Source: Schmidtea polychroa
Taxonomy: Eukaryota
Reading direction: 5' to 3'
NCBI GenBank assembly: GCA_044892525.1
Contig: CM097885.1
Location: 372,001-436,000 of the forward strand
DNA length: 64,000 bases
Below, one piece after another: positions 27,883 to 41,517 of the stretch; position 1 is the stretch's first letter; each line of letters begins with the position of its first letter. A model generated the notes under the pieces. It ran no database searches and was not told the origin of the DNA. It saw only the letters and a list, made by a program, of their open reading frames with translations. Made by a program: the position numbers and the translations under genes.

Positions 27883-28521
27883 ATGGAATTACGAAATGAT
27901 GCAGTATACCAAATCGTTGGTCCGAGTGGTAGTGGAAAAACATTATTTGTTTGTAAATTACTAAAATCTAATTTGTTCAAAACAAAATTCAACAATATTT
28001 ATTGGCATAGGGGCGCCGATGAAGAACATGGATTGACTCAATCAAGTTTCTGTCAATTGAAAAACATGAAAATAGTAAAGGGTTTTGATAAAAACTGGTC
28101 AAGTCGTTTGAAAAAAGATGATGTCATCATTATCGATGATTTGTATCAAGAAGCCAATAAAGAAAAGGATTTTAATAATTTATTCACAAAAATCAGCAGA
28201 CATGTCGGTGTAACAGTTATTTTCATTACACAAAATCTATTTCATCAAGGTGGTGCACATCGAACACGTAATTTAAATGTACAATATCTAGTTATTTTCA
28301 AGAATCCTAGAGATGCAACTGTCATCGATTTTCTTGGACGACAAGCATACCCTAATAACCGTAATTTTCTTATCAGTGCATTTCAAGATGCTACGAAAAT
28401 ACCTCATGGGTATATATTTCTCGATTTCACACAACAATGTCCTGATGATATACGGGTAAAAACAGATATTTTCAACCCAAAAGGTGCCATGGTTTATAAA
28501 CAAAGTTTAAAACAAATTTGA
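27883..28521 (+). CDS. A32/FtsK-like genome packaging ATPase (Polinton type)
   Basis: Walker A GPSGSGKT, Walker B IIIDD, LFTKISRH..VTVIFITQNLF and FKNPRD; intact 212 aa. Confidence 0.93.
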   Translation: MELRNDAVYQIVGPSGSGKTLFVCKLLKSNLFKTKFNNIYWHRGADEEHGLTQSSFCQLKNMKIVKGFDKNWSSRLKKDDVIIIDDLYQEANKEKDFNNLFTKISRHVGVTVIFITQNLFHQGGAHRTRNLNVQYLVIFKNPRDATVIDFLGRQAYPNNRNFLISAFQDATKIPHGYIFLDFTQQCPDDIRVKTDIFNPKGAMVYKQSLKQI

Positions 28522-28534
28522 AAACATATAAATC

Positions 28535-29029
28535 ATGTTTTCAAAAACAAGGATATCGAGTAAAAAACAACCAAAAGTTCCACCAACAACTAGTTATACT
28601 CCATCTAAAGAACTTATTACAGAAAATTTTCCTGCAATGAATCTCATTTTGAAAAATCCTAAACCTAAACCTAAAAGTAAAACCACTAAGAAAGTAAAAG
28701 TTGTTAAAAATCATCGGAGTTTCCCGTTTTTCAATACATTGTTAAAGGCACCCAGTATGAAAAGAAACAGTATTTTGCAATCTTTTCCAAATTATGTTGT
28801 CGATGATTTACTCGATATTATACTTAAAGTAGTCAAAGGTAAGATTAAAATCAGTAAATCTAAAAAGCAATTATTGAGTAAACATAGGAAACCTTTGCTA
28901 TCATTAGTAAATAATAAAAATCGTCAACAAATGAGAAAAATTATATATAAACAACAAGGGGGATTTATCGGTGCATTGATACCTTTAGCAATATCATTAT
29001 TAGGTGGAATAATAGGAAGTCGATCATAA
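28535..29029 (+). CDS. Basic core/pVII-pX-like virion protein
   Basis: Lys-rich, ending QQGG-FIGALIPLAISLLGGII (protease-site-like GG followed by a hydrophobic helix); lies between the ATPase and integrase. Confidence 0.65.
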   Translation: MFSKTRISSKKQPKVPPTTSYTPSKELITENFPAMNLILKNPKPKPKSKTTKKVKVVKNHRSFPFFNTLLKAPSMKRNSILQSFPNYVVDDLLDIILKVVKGKIKISKSKKQLLSKHRKPLLSLVNNKNRQQMRKIIYKQQGGFIGALIPLAISLLGGIIGSRS

Positions 29030-29090
29030 ACAATGGGTGCTAATCCTTCATTACCAGACATTAAATTTAATTTTAAATCTTCTTGTTGTA

Positions 29091-29630
<540 letters not shown>

Positions 29631-29929
29631 TTGAAAAATATTATTAATTCTACATAAAGACTACCTATGCCTGAAGCATGCACAGTGCAAGTTAACAAAG
29701 GCATGACTAACAAAGGCAGTCACATGTAATTTCTGAGTGATTTACATTACATGCATGCATGCGTGTGATTGGTTGAGAGATGAAAATTTCAAGTTACTAT
29801 GCGTATGTGTCTAATTCTGATTGGCTGGGACATGAAATTTTTCATTCTCTTTATAAACATTGACAAATCTAAAATTTGTCACAATTATTTTAAAATTTTA
29901 AAAATCTATTAATAATAATATTTAACAAC

Positions 29930-30243
29930 ATGAACAACAACAACAATATTCAAAGAGTTGACGGAAAGATCGTTGGAGGAATTAATGGTAAATTTATTAT
30001 TTTATTATTTTATTATTTTTAATATGATTATTAGGTACTAATCAACAAATGAATATCGACGGACAAGCTGTAGACATGAATAGAATAAATGGTAATAGTT
30101 TACTATTATAATCATTATTATTTTATTATGCTTTTAGATGGAATAAATACTTCTGCTGGTTCTGATGCTGGAAAATTTCTTTCGAAAGGACGAAAATGTA
30201 AGTATTTATTTATTGTTATAAGTTTTTAAGTTTTTTAAACAAT

Positions 30244-30285
<42 letters not shown>

Positions 30286-30983
30286 TAAAAGAAGAAACTT
30301 ATGAAAAGAAGATTTTTTCATGAAAAGAAGATATTTTAAAAGAAGATTTATTTATGAAAAGAAGATTTATGAAAAGAAGATTTATTCATGAAAAGAAGAT
30401 TTACTTATTTATGAAAAGAAGATTTACTTATTTATTTATTTATGATAATTTTTGAAAAGAAGATTTATTCATGAAAAGAAGATTTACCTATTTATTTATT
30501 TATGAAAAGAAGATTTACTTATTTATTTATGATAATTTATGAAAAGAAGATTTACTTATTTATTTATTTATGAAAATGAATTAAATTATTTATGAAAACG
30601 AATTAAATTATATATATTTTATAATATTTTTTATAAGATACTATTTAAAAGATAATTTTGAATAATATCTTACGAAAAATATCTTAAACTTTAAAAATGA
30701 TTATTATCTTAATATTTTTTAAACATTTTATGATAAAAATATTTTCATAGGTTTGAAATACCAAAACTTTTGTAATAGTCAATATCATAATGACTGCGAT
30801 GATATAATGGAAAGATATTATAGTCATAAATATAACAGTGTCACCTACATCCTATGCCCTAAATGTGAGGTTATTGAAGTTATAACGTATAAGGAATTTT
30901 ATAATAAGCATAGACTCCATCTCCAACAATTTAAACCTTCTAAGAAGTCTCTTTTCTATAGCTTATATGAATCGTTTGTTAAC

Positions 30984-31017
<34 letters not shown>

Positions 31018-31058
31018 TCAACAATAATATCAACAACAATAATAATAATATCAACAAC

Positions 31059-31104
<46 letters not shown>

Positions 31105-32502
31105 TCAACAATAATAATAATAATAATATCACCAACAATAATACTAACAGCACCAATAATAATAATAATGATATAAACGAAATAAATAATCTAAAAGATC
31201 AAGTAAATAAATTAAATGAACAAATAAATAATCTAATTAATATGAATAAAAGAAAAAATAATGAAAAAATAAATTCAATACCAAGTAAAAAATCTAAAGT
31301 TATTGATGTAATCACAATAAGTGATGATGATGAAATAATCAACATAAGTGATGAGGAAATTGATAATAATAATAATAATAATAGTAGTAGTAGTAATATT
31401 TATTATAATAATCGTATTAATAATACTAATCAAATAGGTTATGGTGTCGTAGATGTCACCAGTGATTTAAATAATAATCATATTATATTAAAAATGGACG
31501 TTTCGTCTTTAGATTTAAAAACGGTCTCTGTACCAGAAATTTTAATAAATAAATTAAATTTATATGTAAATAAATTAAAATCATGTAAAATTCAATTTTG
31601 TCTAAAGGTGGAATTTATAAAAGATGATGAGTTACAATCTTTTGTAATCTCGAATTCCGCCCGAGTTTGGAGCGATACATTCATTGACGAAAGTATTGCT
31701 CGTTTAAATGAAAAAATAATTAAAATTAATGAGAAAGGTAGTAATTGGACTATCAATAAAATAGAATACATAAGCTTTGTTCTTACTAAATTTGCTGAAA
31801 TAAGTCGATTAAGTGGTAGAAGTTTTATTGAAACCCCAAAATCTTTAAGAAACTTAAGCTGTCTCATTAATGTAGTTAATAATGACCACTTCTGCTTTTT
31901 GTATAGTTTCTTGTCAATTATTAAATATGACTGTATAAATAGGCAATATAGAAATCGCCCTAATTCCTACAATCTTTCTGAAATTAAATTTGATCCTAAT
32001 GATATGCCGATGAAACTATCAAATATAAGTAAATTTGAACAACAAAATCCGGGTTATAGTATTAATGTTCTTACTTATAACGAAAAGGCTTTGATTGACA
32101 TTTCCGATGAAGATGCAGTTATGAAACATCCATTTATTGATATAATATATAGGAGTAAGATAGTAGGAGCCATACCTATCAATTTATTATTAATCGAAAA
32201 GAATGATAATTATCATTATCTTGGAATCACAGACCTAAATAGATTTCTTAATTGTAGGAATAGTTCAATCACTCCTGTTAGGATTTGTAGTCAGTGGTGC
32301 CCTAGATGTTTAAACGGTTTTAGGAATGATGACACTTTTAATAGACATAAGGGTCTTTGCGATAAAAATCAGCTTGGTACTACCTTGTACACATTGCCTA
32401 AAAATAAATATTTAGAATTTACTGATTGGAGTAAAACAGTTACTCCTCCCTTTGTTATTTACGCCGACTTTGAGGCTATCTTACCTAAAGACACTCGCTA
32501 CT
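29930..32502 (+). pseudogene. pPolB lineage C, 5' half (spliced leader, poly-Asn, terminal-protein-like region, up to exo I)
   Basis: Predicted exons 29930-29987, 30035-30091, 30138-30197 and 30751 onward. Uninterrupted frame with INVVNNDHFCF, HYLGI, CPRCL..F....HKGLC and YADFEA. Confidence 0.9.
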
Positions 32503-33495
32503 TTGAATCCAATGATGGATTGGTTGTTGAATCCCAGGTCGGATTGCCTTTTGTTGAATCCAATGATGGATTGGTTGTTGAATCCAATGATGGATTATTC
32601 ACTTCCTTTGATTCTTGGGATGGATTAAATATAATTCAAATAGGTGGAAATGTATCGACAATACAAAGAGATTTTAGAGGTACCCATCAAATATTAACTT
32701 TAAATACTAGCGACTTAAATATAAAAGAAATAATATTTCCTGAACAACTAATAATAAAATTACGAGATATTATTAACGAATTAGGATCCGTCAAAATTCA
32801 ATTCGGAATAACAATCGAATTTGAAAAAGACGGGTAAATAAAGGTTAATAATATCTCCAATTACGCAAAACCTTTAACTGCATCATTTTTTGATCAAGTC
32901 ATTAAGGAACTAAATGAGAAAATAACTAATATTACAAAATTAGGAAGCAATTGGATTATAAAAAATATAACAGAAATCCACTTCACTATAACAAAAATAA
33001 GTAGGTTAAGTAGATTAAGTGGTAGGAGTTACATTGAAACACCTACTTATCTAAAAAATAAATATTGTTTAATTAATATAAAAAACACTGATGATTCATG
33101 TTTTTTATATAGCATTTTAGCTATTTTAAAATATGATGAAGTTAGTAGTTATGCTAGAAATAGGACATTGAGTTATAATTTATCCGACTTAGTACATAAC
33201 CCGTTAGAATTACCTATGAAATTAAAAGACATTAGGAAATTTGAATCTAAAAATTCGGGTTTAATAATTAATGTTTTTTCATATGATAATAGCAAACAAT
33301 TAACTGATAATTATGTATTAAAACATCCACATTTAGATATTATAAATCAGGGGTGCCCACTAATTTTTCTAGGAGTGCTACATTCACATCCAAAATGTGT
33401 ATGCGATCTACTTTTTTAATACTTACATAATATTTACCTACAATGCAATAAATTCATCACAATAGAACAAATATATGTCAAAATATGGAAAATTA
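32503..33495 (+). pseudogene. Lineage-A pPolB N-terminal piece plus one end of the hAT element (33348-~33495)
   Basis: Near-identical to ~13160-14120, including the same hAT junction. Confidence 0.92.
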
Positions 33496-35319
33496 GTTAA
33501 TGTTTTCACTAACAACAATATATATTTACAGAGGCCTCCCACTAGTTGGATTACAACCGCCCATCACGACGATCAGCTTCTAAATATATATTAATTAAGG
33601 GATAAAGAGCACCCACCCAACGCTATTATATTTAATTTACAAAGGGTTTCTCGCTCTTCTGCTGGTAATCTATCTCAAAATTATTATCTCCATCGGGGCA
33701 TTTGATATTGATTTCATGGAATACATCTTGCAAATTGGACGTATTTCATAGTTTCTGATGCTGCGTCAACTTTCATTGCTAACATTTGTATTGCTTTAAA
33801 AGCAATTAATTTACATTATCTAACATTTTATCGTCACAGGCTTGATAAATTAGGCAACTGTTATTTGTGGTATACTTTATCAATATAATTTCTTATCAAT
33901 TCCCACCATAAAACACAGATACCTAAATATAATATATATATTTATGAATTAATTCATGTCTTACATTAATAATAATATTCTTCAGGAATGACGAGTACTT
34001 TACTTAATTGCTAAAACGTCGATTTTTCCCATTTTTCTTGACATTTGTTGAAAGAAAGTTTACATAATTTAAGTCTGATAAGTAAACATTCATGTTGGAG
34101 GACACCCACAATCAGCTAATTTATTTAAAAAATCCAGAACATAACTCCTTTAGTGTTTCACTATTTTTTCTGGTTCATCTTCTTCATAATCATATAAATC
34201 ATTTTCTTCATTACTAAGTAAAATAATTAAAATATTGTAGTAAATTCTTTATTTACTTACTTTATGGATACTAAAACGAAAGAAATAAAGTTATATCAAA
34301 AGTATATTTAAATAATTTAAATTTAAATAATTTAAATTTAGTTATTTAAATATATTTAAACAATTTAGTTATTTAGGCATATTTAAACATTAATATTATT
34401 ATATAGTATAATTTTATATAATTTTATATAATATTATAATTTTATATATTCTAAATTTAATAAATAAAATTAATTAATTATAATTAATTAATAATTTAAT
34501 AATAAAAAATTTATAATGAAGATTCTTTGAATTAAAAAATATTCTGTTAGTATTTCCAGGCAGAAAAAAACGAATTCAATAATTAAAATCTTAATTTTCA
34601 AGTTATATATTTAGGGTTGTGGCCAGAAGTTAATCGCCATCTAATCATTTGTTTTCAATTTCGCTTATTTTTGTTCAAAACATTCAGGTGAGTTGTTATC
34701 TGAAAAGTTTCTTTGAGCTCAGTTTTGTTAAAACACTCACGGTATTTTTGAGGGACGTGACACTGGAAATAAAATAACAATGAGTGGTCATCCATACATG
34801 TTGTTGGTCTGAGCTATCGATTTATTTTAGAAATAGGTATATTAAAAACATTTAAGGTATCATTCAGTAAAATAATATAGTATTTTTTAGTTAATTTATA
34901 AATAACAGTATTTTGATATATTAATAAAGACCATATACTCCGAGTTTATCCGACAAAATATTCTGTCCCCCTATGGGTATTGCTAGCAAGGGTACTGGTC
35001 ACATTCAACATGTCGCAAGAGTATATTAATCAGTTAGAAATTCTTAGGTAATTTAGTGAGATGATCACAAATTCGTGAATATTTTAAATGTAACTTTACA
35101 CTTATGTCAAGCGACTATTTTATTGGTTAACTTTGTAGTCATTTAAAGCAAAACTTAATTTATTCATCTAATGTTCGTTACAATAGTTAATAATATGAAA
35201 AAAATAAGGTCATTATTCATTGATAATTTTAAATTCTTTATCATTTGGAGTAAATTTGTTTGAGGCAAAATTAATTAAAGGAGTCATAATAGAAATATGG
35301 TTAGAAATAGAAATAATTT

Positions 35320-36331
35320 TAGACCTTAATTTACTTAATTGAAATTTTAGACCTTAATTTACTTAAGTTTAAAAATATATACCATAATTTACTGTAATTG
35401 AAAAATTTGGACCATAATTTACTGTAATTTAATTTTTTAGAACCATAATTTACTGTAATTGAAAAATTCGAGCGACTAATTTATTGGTTAACTTTGCAGT
35501 CATTTAAAGCAAAACTTAATTTATTCATCTAATGTTCGTTACAATAGTTAATAATATGAGAAAAATATGGTCATTATTCATTGATAATTTTAAATTCTTT
35601 ATCATTTGGAGTAAATTTGTTTGAGGCAAAAATAATTAAAGGAGTCATAATAGAAATATGGTTATCATTTAACCAATTAAGGGGCTTATTAGTTAGAAAT
35701 ATATATATTATAAAGTAACAATTATTTTCTAATTTAATTAGATGATCATTAGACGTAATATATCTTTGCGAGAAATTTAAAATGTTTGAGTAACCAAAAC
35801 ATGGATATTTTGTGCGATAAATTTATGAATATTGGTTAATTTTGTTATTTTTAGTCATTTAAAATAATATTTAGCAAAGGTAATTTAGCAAAATATCGTT
35901 GTAAGATTTATCCACCCGATAACAATATTCCTTCAATAGATTAACTGATATTCAACCTATTTAATTTCTGGAAATATAATTAAAATCATAAATTTCCTTC
36001 AATAAAGTTAAATCAAAAACGCAAGAGACGCTCAAGCAAATCAAGAATTAAAAAATAAACACATTGCAGAAACAGAATTTATATAAAGTCAAACCCTGAC
36101 TCCTACAACAGGTTCAAGTCTAAATAAAATTCAATAAAAAGCAATAACACTAGTAAGTAGGACTCCAACCCACTTTCAAGGTCATGAAATATGTCCCGAT
36201 CAAATATAGGTCAATTGAATCATTTATTTTTAAATTAACATTTTATTTATTTACTTCTTTTTAATTTTTTCTTTTGATTTATATTAATTATTTATTTTAT
36301 TTTGTTTTATTTTAATTACTTACGCTATTTA

Positions 36332-36384
<53 letters not shown>

Positions 36385-36990
36385 CTATTTTATTTATTTC
36401 TTTATTTTTTCTTAAATTTTACATTTACATTATATTCTAACAAGAGAGTTAATTATAACAATAATATTTCAATTTGTATAAAATTTTAATTAGTAATTAT
36501 TCAATTTGAATAAAATATTTATTAGAAATTATTTAATTTATTATAAAATAAAACGCTGTATTAATTTTAAATAAACTGGATATTAATTTTTTGGAAAAAA
36601 TAAATAAATAAAATAGTCTAAAAGGTTAAATTATGGTCTAAAATTGAAAATTTAAAAATTGAAAATTGAAAATTAAAAACTAAACTAATCAAACTAAATC
36701 AAACGCTATAACCTTAATTCAAGAATTCACTAAAGTAGATCAGAAGATATTAATTATCAAAATGTAACAAAGACTCTGAAATTCATCAATTTCATCTAAT
36801 GACCTGGTGATATTCAATACCATTCTCAAGAATGCTAAAGTCGGGAATTCTTTGAATTTAACAATTTCATCTAACTATCCGGCGATATTCGATCCGATTC
36901 TATAAAGTATTTATCTTTGTAGTTGAATAAAAGTTTATTGTTGATTATAGTTTATCATTAATTATTTTTTTGTTAGGGGTGTTAAAGAAA
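35320..36990. repeat. Non-coding block duplicated at ~47160-48830
   Basis: Long near-identical stretches, e.g. cgagcgactaa...gcaagagacgctcaagc...gacctggtgatattc. Confidence 0.85.
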
Positions 36991-36996
36991 ATACTT

Positions 36997-38888
36997 GACT
37001 GATTCATTTTTCTCAGATAAAATTTGTTCTGTAATCGGGAAATTCAAGGATGAGAATAAAGGAAATCAATATAAAGAATGGGTGTTTCTTCGACCCAAGT
37101 GCTACTCACTCCAAGGCGATAAAAACACTCTAAAAGCCAAAGGAATAAGACTTACATACTCTAATCTTACACATGAAGCCTATAAAAAAGTGTATACTGA
37201 TGGTGGAACAGTGAGCATCCCACAAAAAAGAATAGGAAGTGTCAATCATCAGTTGTATACTTTCATGACAGAAAAACGAGCTCTCCAATGTTTGGACGAT
37301 AAAAGGTATTGGTACAATTGTAATGAAAGCTATGCCTACGGTCACTATAAGATTCGTCAAATGCATATTGCAACTGCTATGTCTAGAAATGAATGCAAAT
37401 CGAAACAAGGACTTTAACAATTAAATTTATGTGAATAATAAAATATATATTGTGAATTATTTGACTTCGTTAATTAAAATATGTTTTATCATTTAATAAT
37501 TCATTTGTCCAATTAATTTAGATAATTAGTTTTAAGTAAGAATTATTATTTATCATGAAAAACTTTGCTTTGTTTTGAAAAATTAATGCCCATTTTATTT
37601 TAAATTAACACAGCTTTATTTTATGATAATTACTAATTAAAATTTTATTCAAATTGAAATATTATTGTTACAATTTACACTCTTGTTAGAATATATTAAA
37701 TGTAAATGTAAAATAATAACAATAAAAAAAAATAATAATAATAAATAAAAAATTAAATAAAAAAATTAAAATTAAAAAAAATAATAATAATTAGTTAAAT
37801 AATTAATTAAAAATTAATTAAAAATTAAATAAAAAAAATCATTTAAATAACGTAAGTAATTAAAATAAAATATTAATAATTAATTAATTAATTAAATGTA
37901 ATAAATTGAAAATTTACTAAAGTAATTAATTAAAACAAAAAACATAATAAAATAATTACTTAATAAATTTAAAAAAAAAATTAAATAAAATGATTCGATT
38001 GACCTATATTTGATCTGGACATTGGGATGACTTGAAAGTGTCCTGGAGTCCTCATTATATACTACAACAGTTTATACGGTAAAACTGTGGAAAACTTGAA
38101 GAAACGTATAAATTTGAGATTATGCAACAAAAGCAAAAGATTGATAACTTATTGTAGTCATCCTATGTTTCGTCGTAGCATCAAGATTGGGGATGATCTC
38201 ATTGCTGTTATACTCAATAATGAAATTGTGTGTTTAGATAGACCAATGTATATTGGACAAATCGTACTTGATTTATCCAAACTTCGCATGTACCAATTTC
38301 AATATAAAGAGCTACTGAGTTATAGAGAAGAATTCAATTGTCAAATTAATATCGTAGCCGGTGACACAGATTCCTTCTTTTTAGAGTGTAAAAATGTTGA
38401 TTTACGCTTACAACTGTATCCAAAAACGATTGAAGATGGGCTCTTAGATACTTCAAATTATCCAGTGACCGATCCGTTGTTCTCTGATGAAATTTGTTCT
38501 GTAATCGGGAAAGGTAAGGATGAGAATAAAGGAAATCAATATAAAGAATGGGTGTTTCTTCGACCCAAGTGCTACTCACTCCAAGGCGATAAAAACACTC
38601 TAAAAGCCAAAGGAAAAAAGACTTACAAACTCTAATCTTACACATGAAGCCTATAAAAAAGTGTATACTGATGGTGGAACAGTGAGTATCCCACAAAAAA
38701 GAATAGGAAGTGTCAATCATCAGTTGTATACTTTCATGACAGAAAAACGAGCTCTCCAATGTTTGGACGATAAAAGGTATTGGTACATTTGTAATGAAAG
38801 CTATGCCTACGGTCACTATAAGATTCGTCAAATGCATATTGCAACTGCTATGTCTAGAAATGAATGCAAATCGAAACAAGGACTTTAA
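36997..38888 (+). pseudogene. Two tandem lineage-B pPolB C-terminal fragments (36997-37417; 38064-38888)
   Basis: NSLYGKTVEN, GDTDS, KAKG and DDKR motifs; duplicates the 8140-9475 arrangement. Confidence 0.9.
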
Positions 38889-39109
38889 CAATTAAATTTA
38901 TGTGAATAATAAAATATACATTGTGAATTATTTGACTTCGTTAATTAATTAAAATAAAATATTAATAAATAATTAATTAATTAAATGTAATAAATTGCAA
39001 ATTAACTAAAGTAATTAATTAAAACAAAAAACATAATAAAATAATTAATTAATAAATTTAAAAAAAAAATTAAATAGAAAAAATTAAATAAATTTAAAAA
39101 AAAATAAAT

Positions 39110-40405
39110 TTTTTTTTCTAAAATTGTCATTGAAAAATATTTCATAAAAATTTTCATTAAAAATTTCAATTCTCAAACACCTTCTATTATTTTGTTAATA
39201 AATTTAAAATCTTACTTTAATTTGCTTATTACATTACTTATTTAAAAATTATTACTTTAAATTACTTATTTAAAATATTTGACCATTGATTACTTAATTT
39301 AAAAATTTAGACCTTAATTAACTTTAATTTAATTTTTTAGAACCTTAATTTACTTTAATTGAAAATTTTAGACCTTAATTTTCATGTAAAATTGTGATTG
39401 AAAAAATTTTCATTTGTCAGGCGCCGTTTAGTAGGTGGTTAGGAGCCCGCTTCAAATGCAAGCCTTTTTTTTGCTACAACATTTGATTGCGCAATTGTTG
39501 CATCTTGTTTTTTTTTCTATTGAAAATTCTAGAAAAAAAAATAATCGTAGCTTACTGTACAACAAAAAAAATGAGTTGCAACAATTGCGTAATCAAAATT
39601 TGCAGCAAAAAAAAAGTTGCCGCAGACCCCCTCCCCCACTAAAATTTTCAATTAAGTAATTAGGGTCCAAATTTTTCAATTACAGTAAATTATGGTTCTA
39701 AAAAATTAAATTACAGTAAATTATGGTCCAAATTTTCAATTATAGTAAATTATGGTATATATTTTTAAACTTAAGTAAATTAAGGTCTAAAATTTAAAAG
39801 TAAAGTAAATTATGGTATATATTTTTGAACTTAAGTAAATTAAAGTCTAAAATTTCAATTAAGTAAAGTAAGGTAAAAAATTTTCAATTAAGGTCTAAAA
39901 TTTTCAATTAAAGTAAATTAAGGTCCAAATTTTGAATAAGTTAATTAAGGGTCAAAATTTAAAATTAAAGTAAATTAAGGTTCTAAAAAATTAAATTAAA
40001 GTTAATTAAGGTCCAAATTTTTAAATTAAGTAATCAATGGTCAAATATTTTAAATAAGTAAATTAAAGTAATAATTTTTAAATAAGTAATGTAATAAGCA
40101 AATTAAAGTAAGATTTTAAATTTATTAACAAAATAATAGAAGGTGTTTGAGAATTGAAATTTTTTAATGAAAATTTTTATGAAATAATTTTTTAAGTAAT
40201 TTAAGATGAAAATTTTATGAAATATTTTTCAATGACAATTTTCGAAAAAAAAATTTTTTTTGAAATAATTTTAGATGGAAATTATTTAAATTAAGGGATG
40301 CATTTTTAAATTAAAGTAATCAATGATCTATATTTTAAACTTCTATATTCGGTAAACAAAGAATAAATTAAGTAAATAAAGGGTTAAATTAAAGAAAATT
40401 ATGAT
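39110..40405. repeat. Second copy of the subterminal repeat/terminus block, with its core inverted
   Basis: AGTAGGTGGTTAGGAGCCCGC at 39430-39450 is the reverse complement of 10310-10330. Confidence 0.8.
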
Positions 40406-41517
40406 TATAATTATAATAAGATTTAAAGAATAATTACCTTTTCATTTAACACCATTTTAGAATAATATTTTTTATCAAAGTTCTTATCTTGATTTATTTA
40501 ATTTTAATTGAAAGTAATGACGAAATAGAGCGTGTTGTCTTCAATTTTAATGAATTAATTTGAAAGATTATTTAGATAAATTTTTGTGTTTAAGGTATTC
40601 CTTAGTAATTTTTTTCTAGAGTTGATGGTTTTTGTGAATTTTTATCATTTTCATGAATTTCGTGTGGATAGAATGAATATTTAAAAATTTTAATTTAGTT
40701 CTAAGAAAAATTTAATTAATTTCTTGATAATTGGATGCATTTTTATTGATTGGTTTTTTAATTTTAAATAAAAATTATTTTTAATGACAGTTAGGTTAAT
40801 AATCACGTGATAGGATATGACTTTGTAATAATATTTTTTTTCATATATTTTCTAAGAATTTCATGTAGATTTATTTAAAAATTTAAAGTTTTAATGACGA
40901 TTTTAATTGAATTTCTTGATAATTTGTTAAATTTTAAATAAAAATTAATTTTTTTTTAATGACTGTTAGGTTAATAATTAAGTAATTGGTTTAATTTTAG
41001 ATGACTTTGAAATGCATTTGACTAAATAATTTTTTTCAATAATTTTCTAAGAATATTAACACATTGATGAAATTTTTTAAAAAAACATAAGCTAAGAAAC
41101 CAGTTAACCTTATCAAGAACTTTAAATTTACTTGATAATTTACAGAAATAATATACAAAATTTAATTTACAGAAATAATTTACAAAATAATAATACAGAA
41201 ATTTATGATTAATTTTGCTTTTATGAACAATCAATATATATCATCTCTAGTTAGGTATTTGATAGGTGAAATATTTGTAGTAAATAATAAGTTTATTATG
41301 TCTTTGTTACATAACTCGACTTTAGCGTCAAAATGTGTTTTTAAAATAAATTTTAATTTTAAAATACCGCAATGTCATATAATAATTTTTTCCTACCCTT
41401 CCTTGATTTTGATTGGTTAGAATTTGTTCCTATAAACAATAATAATCTATAAACAATAATAATCTATAAACAATAATCAATCATTAGTCACATTTAACAA
41501 ATAATTAACCTTTAAAA

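Noticed and set aside
33500..34900. Possible host exons
   Set aside because: No ORF of 60 aa or more and no recognisable motif; cannot be supported.
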